From: Eledone cirrhosa
Taxonomy: Eukaryota
NCBI GenBank assembly: GCA_964016885.1
Contig: OZ024744.1
Span: 24,056,001-24,120,000, forward strand
Reading direction: 5' to 3'
DNA: 64,000 bases
The notes beneath the pieces are model-generated. The model saw only the letters and a list, made by a program, of their open reading frames with translations, was not told the DNA's origin and did no database searches. Positions 30,301 to 42,099 of the stretch are shown piece by piece (position 1 is the first letter of the stretch; each line of letters opens with the position of its first letter). The position numbers and the translations under genes were made by a program.

Positions 30301-32115
30301 ACAGTTGAATCTTAAGAACTGACTCATTTTAACAACAGTTCAATCTTAAGAACTGATTCGTTTTAACAACAGTTGAATCTTAAGATAAAACTAGTTTTAC
30401 AACAGTTGAATCTTAAGAACTGACTCGTTTTAACAACAGTTGAAACTTCAAATAAAACTCGTTTTAACAACAGTTGAATCTTAAGAACTGACTCATTTTA
30501 ACAACAGTTCAATCTTAAGAACTGATTCGTTTTAACAACAGTTGAATCTTAAGATAAAACTAGTTTTATAACTGTTCAATCTTAAGATGAAACTCGTTTT
30601 AACAAGAGTTGAATCTTAAGAACTGACTCGTTTTAACAACAGTTGAATCTTAAGATAAAACTCGTTTTAACAACAGTTGAATCTTAAGACCTGACTCGTT
30701 TTAACAACAGTTCAACCTTAAGAACTGACTCGTTTTAACAACAGTTGAATCTTCAATTAAAACTTGTTTTAACAACAGTTGAATCTTTAGAACTGACTCG
30801 TTTCAACAACAGTTGAATCTTATGATAAAACTCATTTAACAACAGTTGAATCTTAAGATAAAACTCGTTTTAACAACAGTTGAATCTTAAGAACTGACTC
30901 GTTTTAACAACAGCTGAATCTTAAGATAAAGCTCGTATTAACAACAGTTGAATCTTAAGAACTGACTCGTTTTATCAACAGTACAACCTTAAGAACTGAC
31001 TCGTTTTAACAACAGTTGTATCTTCAAATAAAACTCGTTTTAACAACAGTTGAATTTTAAGAACTGACTCGTTTTAACAACAGTTGAATCTTAAGATAAA
31101 ACTCGTTTTAGCAACAGTTGAATCTTAAGAACTGACTCGTTTTAACAACAGCTGAATCTTAAGATAAAACTCGTTTTAACAACAGTTGAATCTTAAGAAC
31201 TGACTCGTTTTAACAACAGTTGAATCTTAAGAACTGACTCGTTTTAATAACAGTTGAATCTTAAGAACTGACTCGTTTTAGCAACAGTTGAATCTTAAGA
31301 ACTGATTCGTTTTAACAACAGCTGAATCTTAAGATAAACTCGTTTTAACAACAGTTGAATCTTAAGATAAAACTCGTTTTAACAACAGTTGAATCTTAAG
31401 AACTGACTCGTTTTATCAACAGCTGAATCTTAAGATAAAACTCGTTTTAACAACAGTTGAATCTTAAGAACTGACTCGTTTTATCAACAGTTCAACCTTA
31501 AGAACTGACTCATTTTAACAACAGTTGAATCTTCAAATAAAACTCCTTTTAACAACAGTTGAATCTTAAGAACTGACTCGTTTTAAAAACAGCTGAATTT
31601 TAAGATAAACTCGTTTTAACAACAGTTGAATCTTAAGAACTGACTCGTTTTAACAACAGCTAAATCTTAAGATAAAACTCGTTTTAACAACAGTTGAATC
31701 TTAAGAACTGACTCGTTTTAACAACAGTTGAATCTACAAATAAACCTCGTTTTAACAACAGTTTAATCTTAAGAACAGACTCGTTTTAACAACAGTTGAA
31801 TCTTAAGATAAAATTCGTTTTAACAACAGTTGAATCTTAAGAACTTATTCGTTTTAACAACAGTTCAAACTTAAGAACTGACTCGTTTTAACAACAGTTG
31901 AATCTTAAGATAAAACTCGTTTTAACAACAGTTGAATCTTAAGAACTGACTCGTTTTATCAACAGTTCAACCTTAAGAACTGACTCGTTTTATCAACAGT
32001 ACAACCTTAAGAACTGACTCGTTTTATCAACAGTTGAATCTTCAAATAAAACTCGTTTTAACAACAGTTGAATCTTAAGAACTGACTCGTTTTAACAACA
32101 GTTGAATCTTAAGAA
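14420..32115. repeat. Higher-order duplication, offset 11391 bp (~14420-20724 copied at ~25811-32115)
   Basis: GATAGG at 14486/25877, TATAC at 16496/27887, GACC at 19297/30688 and ATCTAC at 20341/31732 are all 11391 apart. Confidence 0.9.
23070..25920. repeat. Direct tandem duplication with period 1423 bp (~42 monomers)
   Basis: ACACGTG at 23100/24523, CATCACATG at 23788/25211 and 23956/25379, GATAGG at 24454/25877. Confidence 0.9.
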
Positions 32116-35100
32116 CTGACTCGTTTTAACAACAGATGAATCTTAAGATAAAACTCGTTTTAACAACAGTTGAATCTTAAGAACTGACTTGTTTTAACAA
32201 CAGTTGAATCGTAAGAACTGACTCGTTTTAATAACAGTTGAATCTTAAGAACTGACTCGTTTTAGCAACAGTTGAATCTTAAGAACTGACTCGTTTTATC
32301 AACAGTTCAACCTTAAGAACTGACTCATTTTAACAACAGTTGAATCTTCAAATATAACTCGTTTTAACAACAGTTGAATCTTAAGAACTGATTCGTTTTA
32401 ACAACAGCTGAATCTTAAGATAAACTCGTTTTAACAACAGTTGAATCTTAAGAACTGACTCGTTTTAACAACAGCTGAATCTTAAGATAAAACTCGTTTT
32501 AACAACAGTTGAATCTTAAGAACTGACTCGTTTTATCAACAGTTCAACCTTAAGAACTGACTCATTTTAACAACAGTTGAATCTTCAAATAAAACTCGTT
32601 TTAACAACAGTTGAATCTTTAGAACTGACTCGTTTCAACAACAGTTGAATCTTATGATAAAACTCATTTAACAACAGTTGAATCTTAAGATAAAACTCGT
32701 TTTAACAACAGTTGAATCTTAAGAACTGACTCGTTTTAACAACAGCTGAATCTTAGGATAAAGCTCGTATTAACAACAGTTGAATCTTAAGAACTGACTC
32801 GTTTTATCAACAGTAGAACCTTAAGAACTGACTCGTTTTAACAACAGTTGTATCTTCAAATAAAACTCGTTTTAACAACAGTTGAATTTTAAGAACTGAC
32901 TCGTTTTAACAACAATTGAATCTTAAGATAAAACTCGTTTTAGCAACAGTTGAATCTTAAGAACTGACTCGTTTTAACAACAGCTGAATCTTAAGATAAA
33001 ACTCGTTTTAACAACAGTTGAATCTTAAGAACTGACTCGTTTTAACAACAGTTGAATCTTAAGAACTGACTCGTTTTAATAACAGTTGAATCTTAAGAAC
33101 TGACTCGTTTTAGCAACAGTTGAATCTTAAGAACTGATTCGTTTTAACAACAGCTGAATCTTAAGATAAACTCGTTTTAACAACAGTTGAATCTTAAGAT
33201 AAACTCGTTTTAACAACAGTTGAATCTTAAGAACTGACTCGTTTTATCAACAACTGAATCTTAAGATAAAACTCGTTTTAACAACAGTTGAATCTTAAGA
33301 ACTGACTCGTTTTATCAACAGTTCAACCTTAAGAAGTGACTCATTTTAACAACAGTTGAATCTTCAAATAAAACTCCTTTTAACAACAGTTGAATCTTAA
33401 GAACTGACTCGTTTTAACAACAGCTGAATCTTAAGATAAAACTCGTTTTAACAACAGTTGAATCTTAAGAACTGACTCGTTTTAACAACAGTTGAAACTT
33501 CAAATAAAACTCGTTTTAACAACAGTTGAATCTTAAGAACTGACTCATTTTAACAACAGTTCAATCTTAAGAACTGACTCATTTTAACAACAGTTCAATC
33601 TTAAGAACTGATAGGTTTTAACAACAGTTGAATCTTAAGATAAAACTAGTTTTAATAACTGTTGAATCTTAAGATAAAACTCGTTTTAACAAGAGTTGAA
33701 TCTTAAGAACTGACTCGTTTTAACAACAGTTGAATCTTAAATAAAACTCGTTTTAACAACAGTTGAATCTTAAGAACTGACTCGTTTTAACAACAGTTGA
33801 ATCTTAAGAACTGACTGGTTTTAACAACAGATGAATCTCAAGAACTGACTCGTTTTAACAACAGTTCAACCTTAAGAACTGACTAGTTTTAACAACAGTT
33901 GAATCTCAAGAACTGACTCGTTTTAACAACAGTTGAATCTTAAGATAAAACTCGTTTTAACAACAGTTGAATCTTAAGAAATGACTCGTTTTAATAACAG
34001 TTGAATCTTAAGAACTGACTCGTTTTAACAACAGTTCAACCTTAAGAACTGACTCGTTGTAACAACAATTGAAACTTCAAATAAAACTCGTTTTAACCAC
34101 AGTTGAATCTTAAGAACTGAATCATTTTAACAACAGTTGAATCTTAAGAACTGACTCGTGTTAACAACAATTGAATCTTAAGATAAAACTCGTTTTAACA
34201 AAAGTTGAATCTTAAGAACTGACTCGTTTTAACAACAGTTCAGCCTTAAGAACTGACTAGTTTTAACAACAGTTTAATCTTAGAATAAAACTCGTTTTAA
34301 CAACAGTTGAATCATAAGAACTGATTCGTTTTAACAACAGTTGAATCTTAAGATAAAACTCGTTTTAACAACAATTGAATCTTAAGAACTGACTCGTTTT
34401 AACAACGGCTGAATCTTAAGATAAAACTCGTTTTAACGACAGTTGAATCTTAAGAACTGACTCGTTTTATCAACAGTTCAACCTTAAGAACTGACTCATT
34501 TTAACAACAGTTGAATCTTCAAATAAAACTCGTTTTAACAACAGTTGAATCTTAAGAACTGAATCGTTTTAACATCAGCTGAATCTTAAGATAAACTCGT
34601 TTTAACAACAGTTGAATCTTAAAATAAATCTCGTTTTAACAACATTTGAATCTTAAGAACTGACTCGTTTTAACAACAGCTGAATCTTAAGATAAAACTC
34701 GTTTTAACAACAGTTGAATCTTAAGAACTGACTCGTTTTATCAACAGTTCAACCTGAAGAACTGACTCGATTTAACAACAGTTGAATCTTAAGAACTGAC
34801 TCGTTTTAACAACAGGTGAATCTTAAGAACTGACTGGTTTTAACAACAGTTGAATCTTAAATAAAACTCGTTTTAACAAAGGTTGAAAATTAAGAACTGA
34901 CTCGTTTTAAACAACAGTTGAATCTTAAGATAAAATTCGTTTTAACAACAGTTGAATCTTAAGAACTGATTCGTTTTAACAACAGTTCAACCTAAGAACA
35001 GACTCGTTTTAACAACAGTTGAATCTTAAATAAAACTCGTTTTAACAACAGTTGAATCTTAAGAACTGACTCGTTTTAACAACAGTTGAATCTTAAGAAC

Positions 35101-38100
35101 TGACTGGTTTTAACAACAGATGAATCTTAAGAACTGACTCGTTTTAACAACAGTTCAACCTTAAGAACTGACTAGTTTTAACAACAGTTGAATCTCAAGA
35201 ACTGACTCGTTTTAACAACAGATGAATCTTGAGATAAAACTCGTTTTAACAACAGTTGAATCTTAAGAAATGACTCGTTTTAATAACAGTTGAATCTTAA
35301 GAACTGACTCGTTTTAACAACAGTTCAACCTGAAGAACTGACTCGTTGTAACAACAGTTGAAACTTCAAATAAAACTCGTTTTAACCACAGTTGAATCTT
35401 AAGAACTGAATCATTTTAACAACAGTTGAATCTTAAGAACTGACTCGTGTTAACAACAATTGAATCTTCAGATAAAACTCGTTTTAACAAAAGTTGAATC
35501 TTAAGAACTGACTCGTTTTAACAACAGTTCAACCTTAAGAACTTACTAGTTTTAACAACAGTTTAATCTCAGAATAAAATTCGTTTTAACAACAGTTGAA
35601 TCTTAATAACTGACTCGTTTATACAAAAGTTGAATCTTACGAACTGACTCGTTTTAACAATAGTTGTCTCTTAAGATAAAACTCGTTTTAACAACAGTTG
35701 AATTTTAAAACTGACTCGTTTTAACAACAGTTCAAACTTAAGAACTCATTCGTTTTAACAACAGTTGAATCTTAAAATAAAATTCGTTTAACAACAGTTG
35801 AATCTTAAGAACTGGCTCGTTTTAACATCACATGTATATTATGATAAAACTCGTTTTAACAACAGCTGTATCTTAAGAGCTGACTCGATATAACAACAGT
35901 TGAATCTTAAGAACTACCTAGTTTTAACAACAGTTGAATGTTAAGAACTGACTCGTTTTAACAACAGTTCAATCTTAAGATAAAACTGATTATAACAACA
36001 GTTGCATCTTAAGAACTGAGATTGTTTTAACAACAGTTGAATCTGAAGAACTGACTCGTTTTAACAACAGTTGAATCTGAAGATAAAACTCGTTTAACAA
36101 CAGTTGAATCTTAAGAACTGACTCGTTTTAACGACAGATGAATCTTATGATAAAACTCGTTTTAACAACAATTGAATCTTAAGAACTGAGTCGTTTTAAC
36201 AACAGTTGAATCTTAAGATAAAACTAGTTTTAACAACAGTTGAATCTTAAGATAAAACTAGTTTTAACAACAGTTGAATCTTAAGAACTGACTCGTTTTA
36301 ACAACAGTTGAAACTTCAAATAAAACTCGTTTTAACAACAGTTGAATCTTAAGAACTGACTCATTTTAACAACAGTTCAATCTTAAGAACTGATTCGTTT
36401 TAACAACAGTTGAATCTTAAGATAAAACTAGTTTTAATAACTGTTGAATCTTAAGATAAAACTCGTTTTAACAAGAGTTGAATCTTAAGAACTGACTCGT
36501 TTTAACAACAGTTGAATCTTAATTAAAACTCGTTTTAACAACAGTTGAATCTTAAGAACTGCCTCGTTTTATCAACAGTACAACCTTAAGAACAGACTCG
36601 TTTTAACAACAGTTGAATCTTCAAATAAAACTCGTTTTAACAACAGTTGAATCTTAAGAACTGACTCGTTTTAACAACAGTTGAATCTTAAGATAAAACT
36701 CGTTTTAACAACAGTTGAATCTTAAGAACTGACTCGTTTTAACAACAGATGAATCTTAAGATCAAACTCGTTTTAACAACAGTTGAATCTTAAGAACTGA
36801 CTCGTTTTAATAACAGTTGAGTCTTAAGAACTGACTCATTTTAGCAACAGTTGAATCTTAAGAACTGACTCGTTTTAACAACAGTTGAATCTTAAGAACT
36901 GACTCGTTTTAACAACAGTTGAATCTTAAGATAAAACTCGTTTTAACAACAGTTGAATCATAAGAACTGACTCGTTTTAACAACAGCTGAATCTTAAGAT
37001 AAAACACGTGTTAACAACAGTTGAATCTTAAGAACTGACTCGTTTTATCAACAGTTCAACCTTACGAACTGACTCATTTTAACAACAGTTGAATCTTCAA
37101 ATAAAACTCGTTTTAACAACAGTTGAATCTTAAGATAAAACTAGTTTTAATAACTGTTGAATCTTAAGATAAAACTCGTTTTAACAAGAGTTGAATCTTA
37201 AGAACTGACTCGCTTTAACAACAGTTGAATCTTAAATAAAACTCGTCTTAACAACAGTTTTATCTTAAGAACTGACTCGTTTTAACAACAGTTGAATCTT
37301 AAGAACTGGTTGGTTTTAACAACAGATGAATCGTAAGAACTGACTCGTTTTAACAACAGTTCAACCTTAAGAACTGACTAGTTTTAATAACAGTTGAATC
37401 TCAAGAACTGACTGGTTTTAACAACAGTTGAATCTTAAGATAAAACTCGTTTTAACAGCAGTTGAATCTTAAGAAATGACTCGTTTTAATAACAGTTGAA
37501 TCTTAAGAACTGACTCGTTTTAACAACAGTTCAACCTTAAGAACTGACTCGTTGTAACAACAGTTGAAACTTCAAATAAAACTCGTTTTAACAACAGTTG
37601 AATCTTAAAACTAACTCGTTTTAACAACAGTTCAAACTTAAGAACTGATTCGTTTTAACAACAGTTGAATCTTAAAATAAAATTCGTTTAACGACAGGTG
37701 AATCTTAAGAACTGGTTCGTTTTAACATCACATGTATATTATGATAAAACTCGTTTTAACAACAGGTGTATCTTAAGAACTGACTCGATATAACAACAGT
37801 TGAATCTTAAGAACTACCTCGTTTTAACAACAGTTGAACGATAAGAACTGACTCGTTTTAACAACAGTTCAATCTTAAGATAAAACTCGTTTTAACAACA
37901 ATTGAATCTTAAGAACTGATTCGTTTTATCAACAGTTGAATCTTAAGATAAAACTAGTTTTAACAACAGTTGAATCTTAAGAACTGACTCGTTTTAACAA
38001 CAGTTGAAACTTCAAATAAAACTCGTTTTAACAACAGTTGAATCTTAAGAACTGACTCATTTTAACAACAGTTCAATCTTAAGAACTGATTCGTTTTAAC

Positions 38101-41100
38101 AACAGTTGAATCTTAAGATAAAACTAGTTTTACAACAGTTGAATCTTAAGAACTGACTCGTTTTAACAACAGTTGAAACTTCAAATAAAACTCGTTTTAA
38201 CAACAGTTGAATCTTAAGAACTGACTCATTTTAACAACAGTTCAATCTTAAGAACTGATTCGTTTTAACAACAGTTGAATCTTAAGATAAAACTAGTTTT
38301 ATAACTGTTCAATCTTAAGATGAAACTCGTTTTAACAAGAGTTGAATCTTAAGAACTGACTCGTTTTAACAACAGTTGAATCTTAAGATAAAACTCGTTT
38401 TAACAACAGTTGAATCTTAAGACCTGACTCGTTTTAACAACAGTTCAACCTTAAGAACTGACTCGTTTTAACAACAGTTGAATCTTCAATTAAAACTTGT
38501 TTTAACAACAGTTGAATCTTTAGAACTGACTCGTTTCAACAACAGTTGAATCTTATGATAAAACTCATTTAACAACAGTTGAATCTTAAGATAAAACTCG
38601 TTTTAACAACAGTTGAATCTTAAGAACTGACTCGTTTTAACAACAGCTGAATCTTAAGATAAAGCTCGTATTAACAACAGTTGAATCTTAAGAACTGACT
38701 CGTTTTATCAACAGTACAACCTTAAGAACTGACTCGTTTTAACAACAGTTGTATCTTCAAATAAAACTCGTTTTAACAACAGTTGAATTTTAAGAACTGA
38801 CTCGTTTTAACAACAGTTGAATCTTAAGATAAAACTCGTTTTAGCAACAGTTGAATCTTAAGAACTGACTCGTTTTAACAACAGCTGAATCTTAAGATAA
38901 AACTCGTTTTAACAACAGTTGAATCTTAAGAACTGACTCGTTTTAACAACAGTTGAATCTTAAGAACTGACTCGTTTTAATAACAGTTGAATCTTAAGAA
39001 CTGACTCGTTTTAGCAACAGTTGAATCTTAAGAACTGATTCGTTTTAACAACAGCTGAATCTTAAGATAAACTCGTTTTAACAACAGTTGAATCTTAAGA
39101 TAAAACTCGTTTTAACAACAGTTGAATCTTAAGAACTGACTCGTTTTATCAACAGCTGAATCTTAAGATAAAACTCGTTTTAACAACAGTTGAATCTTAA
39201 GAACTGACTCGTTTTATCAACAGTTCAACCTTAAGAACTGACTCATTTTAACAACAGTTGAATCTTCAAATAAAACTCCTTTTAACAACAGTTGAATCTT
39301 AAGAACTGACTCGTTTTAAAAACAGCTGAATTTTAAGATAAACTCGTTTTAACAACAGTTGAATCTTAAGAACTGACTCGTTTTAACAACAGCTAAATCT
39401 TAAGATAAAACTCGTTTTAACAACAGTTGAATCTTAAGAACTGACTCGTTTTAACAACAGTTGAATCTACAAATAAACCTCGTTTTAACAACAGTTTAAT
39501 CTTAAGAACAGACTCGTTTTAACAACAGTTGAATCTTAAGATAAAATTCGTTTTAACAACAGTTGAATCTTAAGAACTTATTCGTTTTAACAACAGTTCA
39601 AACTTAAGAACTGACTCGTTTTAACAACAGTTGAATCTTAAGATAAAACTCGTTTTAACAACAGTTGAATCTTAAGAACTGACTCGTTTTATCAACAGTT
39701 CAACCTTAAGAACTGACTCGTTTTATCAACAGTACAACCTTAAGAACTGACTCGTTTTATCAACAGTTGAATCTTCAAATAAAACTCGTTTTAACAACAG
39801 TTGAATCTTAAGAACTGACTCGTTTTAACAACAGTTGAATCTTAAGAACTGACTCGTTTTAACAACAGATGAATCTTAAGATAAAACTCGTTTTAACAAC
39901 AGTTGAATCTTAAGAACTGACTTGTTTTAACAACAGTTGAATCGTAAGAACTGACTCGTTTTAATAACAGTTGAATCTTAAGAACTGACTCGTTTTAGCA
40001 ACAGTTGAATCTTAAGAACTGACTCGTTTTATCAACAGTTCAACCTTAAGAACTGACTCATTTTAACAACAGTTGAATCTTCAAATATAACTCGTTTTAA
40101 CAACAGTTGAATCTTAAGAACTGATTCGTTTTAACAACAGCTGAATCTTAAGATAAACTCGTTTTAACAACAGTTGAATCTTAAGAACTGACTCGTTTTA
40201 ACAACAGCTGAATCTTAAGATAAAACTCGTTTTAACAACAGTTGAATCTTAAGAACTGACTCGTTTTATCAACAGTTCAACCTTAAGAACTGACTCATTT
40301 TAACAACAGTTGAATCTTCAAATAAAACTCGTTTTAACAACAGTTGAATCTTTAGAACTGACTCGTTTCAACAACAGTTGAATCTTATGATAAAACTCAT
40401 TTAACAACAGTTGAATCTTAAGATAAAACTCGTTTTAACAACAGTTGAATCTTAAGAACTGACTCGTTTTAACAACAGCTGAATCTTAGGATAAAGCTCG
40501 TATTAACAACAGTTGAATCTTAAGAACTGACTCGTTTTATCAACAGTAGAACCTTAAGAACTGACTCGTTTTAACAACAGTTGTATCTTCAAATAAAACT
40601 CGTTTTAACAACAGTTGAATTTTAAGAACTGACTCGTTTTAACAACAATTGAATCTTAAGATAAAACTCGTTTTAGCAACAGTTGAATCTTAAGAACTGA
40701 CTCGTTTTAACAACAGCTGAATCTTAAGATAAAACTCGTTTTAACAACAGTTGAATCTTAAGAACTGACTCGTTTTAACAACAGTTGAATCTTAAGAACT
40801 GACTCGTTTTAATAACAGTTGAATCTTAAGAACTGACTCGTTTTAGCAACAGTTGAATCTTAAGAACTGATTCGTTTTAACAACAGCTGAATCTTAAGAT
40901 AAACTCGTTTTAACAACAGTTGAATCTTAAGATAAACTCGTTTTAACAACAGTTGAATCTTAAGAACTGACTCGTTTTATCAACAACTGAATCTTAAGAT
41001 AAAACTCGTTTTAACAACAGTTGAATCTTAAGAACTGACTCGTTTTATCAACAGTTCAACCTTAAGAAGTGACTCATTTTAACAACAGTTGAATCTTCAA

Positions 41101-41217
41101 ATAAAACTCCTTTTAACAACAGTTGAATCTTAAGAACTGACTCGTTTTAACAACAGCTGAATCTTAAGATAAAACTCGTTTTAACAACAGTTGAATCTTA
41201 AGAACTGACTCGTTTTA
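25712..41217. repeat. Near-perfect direct tandem duplication with period 7733 bp (~228 monomers): 25712-33444 and 33445-~41217
   Basis: GATAGG at 25877/33610, TATAC at 27887/35620, GACC at 30688/38421, ATCTAC at 31732/39465, GTAGA at 32813/40546 and AAGAAGT at 33331/41064 all show offset 7733. I noticed only one substitution (28947 T vs 36680 G). Confidence 0.93.
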
Positions 41218-42099
41218 TCAACAGTTCAACCTTAAGAACTGACTCATTTTAACAACAGTTGAATCTTCAAATAAAACTCGTTTTAACAACAGTTGAATCT
41301 TAAGAACTGATTCGTGTTAACAACAGCTGAATCTTAAGATAAACTCGTTTTAACAACAGTTGAATCTTAAGATAAAACTCGTTTTAACAACAGTTGAATC
41401 TTAAGAACTGATTCGTTTCAACAACAGCTGAATCTTAAGATAAACTCGTTTTAACAACAGTTGAATCTTAAGAACTGACTCGTTTTAACAACAGTTGAAT
41501 CTTAAGATAAAACTCGTTTTAACAACAGTTGAATCTTAAGAACTGACTCGTTTTAACAACAGATGAATCTTAAGATAAAACTCGTTTTAACAACAGATGA
41601 ATCTTAAGAACTGACTCGTTTTAACAACAGTTGAATCTTAAGAACTGACTCGTTTTAATAACAGTTGAATCTTAAGAACTGACTCGTTTTAACAACAGTT
41701 GAATCTTAAGAACTGACTCGTTTTATCAACAGTTCAACCTTAAGAACTGACTCATTTTAACAACAGTTGAATCTTCAAATAAAACTCGTTTTAACAACAG
41801 TTGAATCTTAAGAACTGATTCGTGTTAACAACAGCTGAATCTTAAGATAAACTCGTTTTAACAACAGTTAAAACTTAAGATAAAACTCGTTTTAACAACA
41901 GTTGAATCTTAAGAACTGATTCGTTTTAACAACAGCTGAATCTTAAGATATACTCGTTTTAACAACAGTTGAATCTTAAGAACTGACTCATTTTAACAAC
42001 AGCTGAATTTTAAGATAAACTCGTTTTAACAACAGTTGAATCTTAAGAACTGACTCGTTTTAACAACAGCTAAATCTTAAGATAAAACTCGTTTTAACA

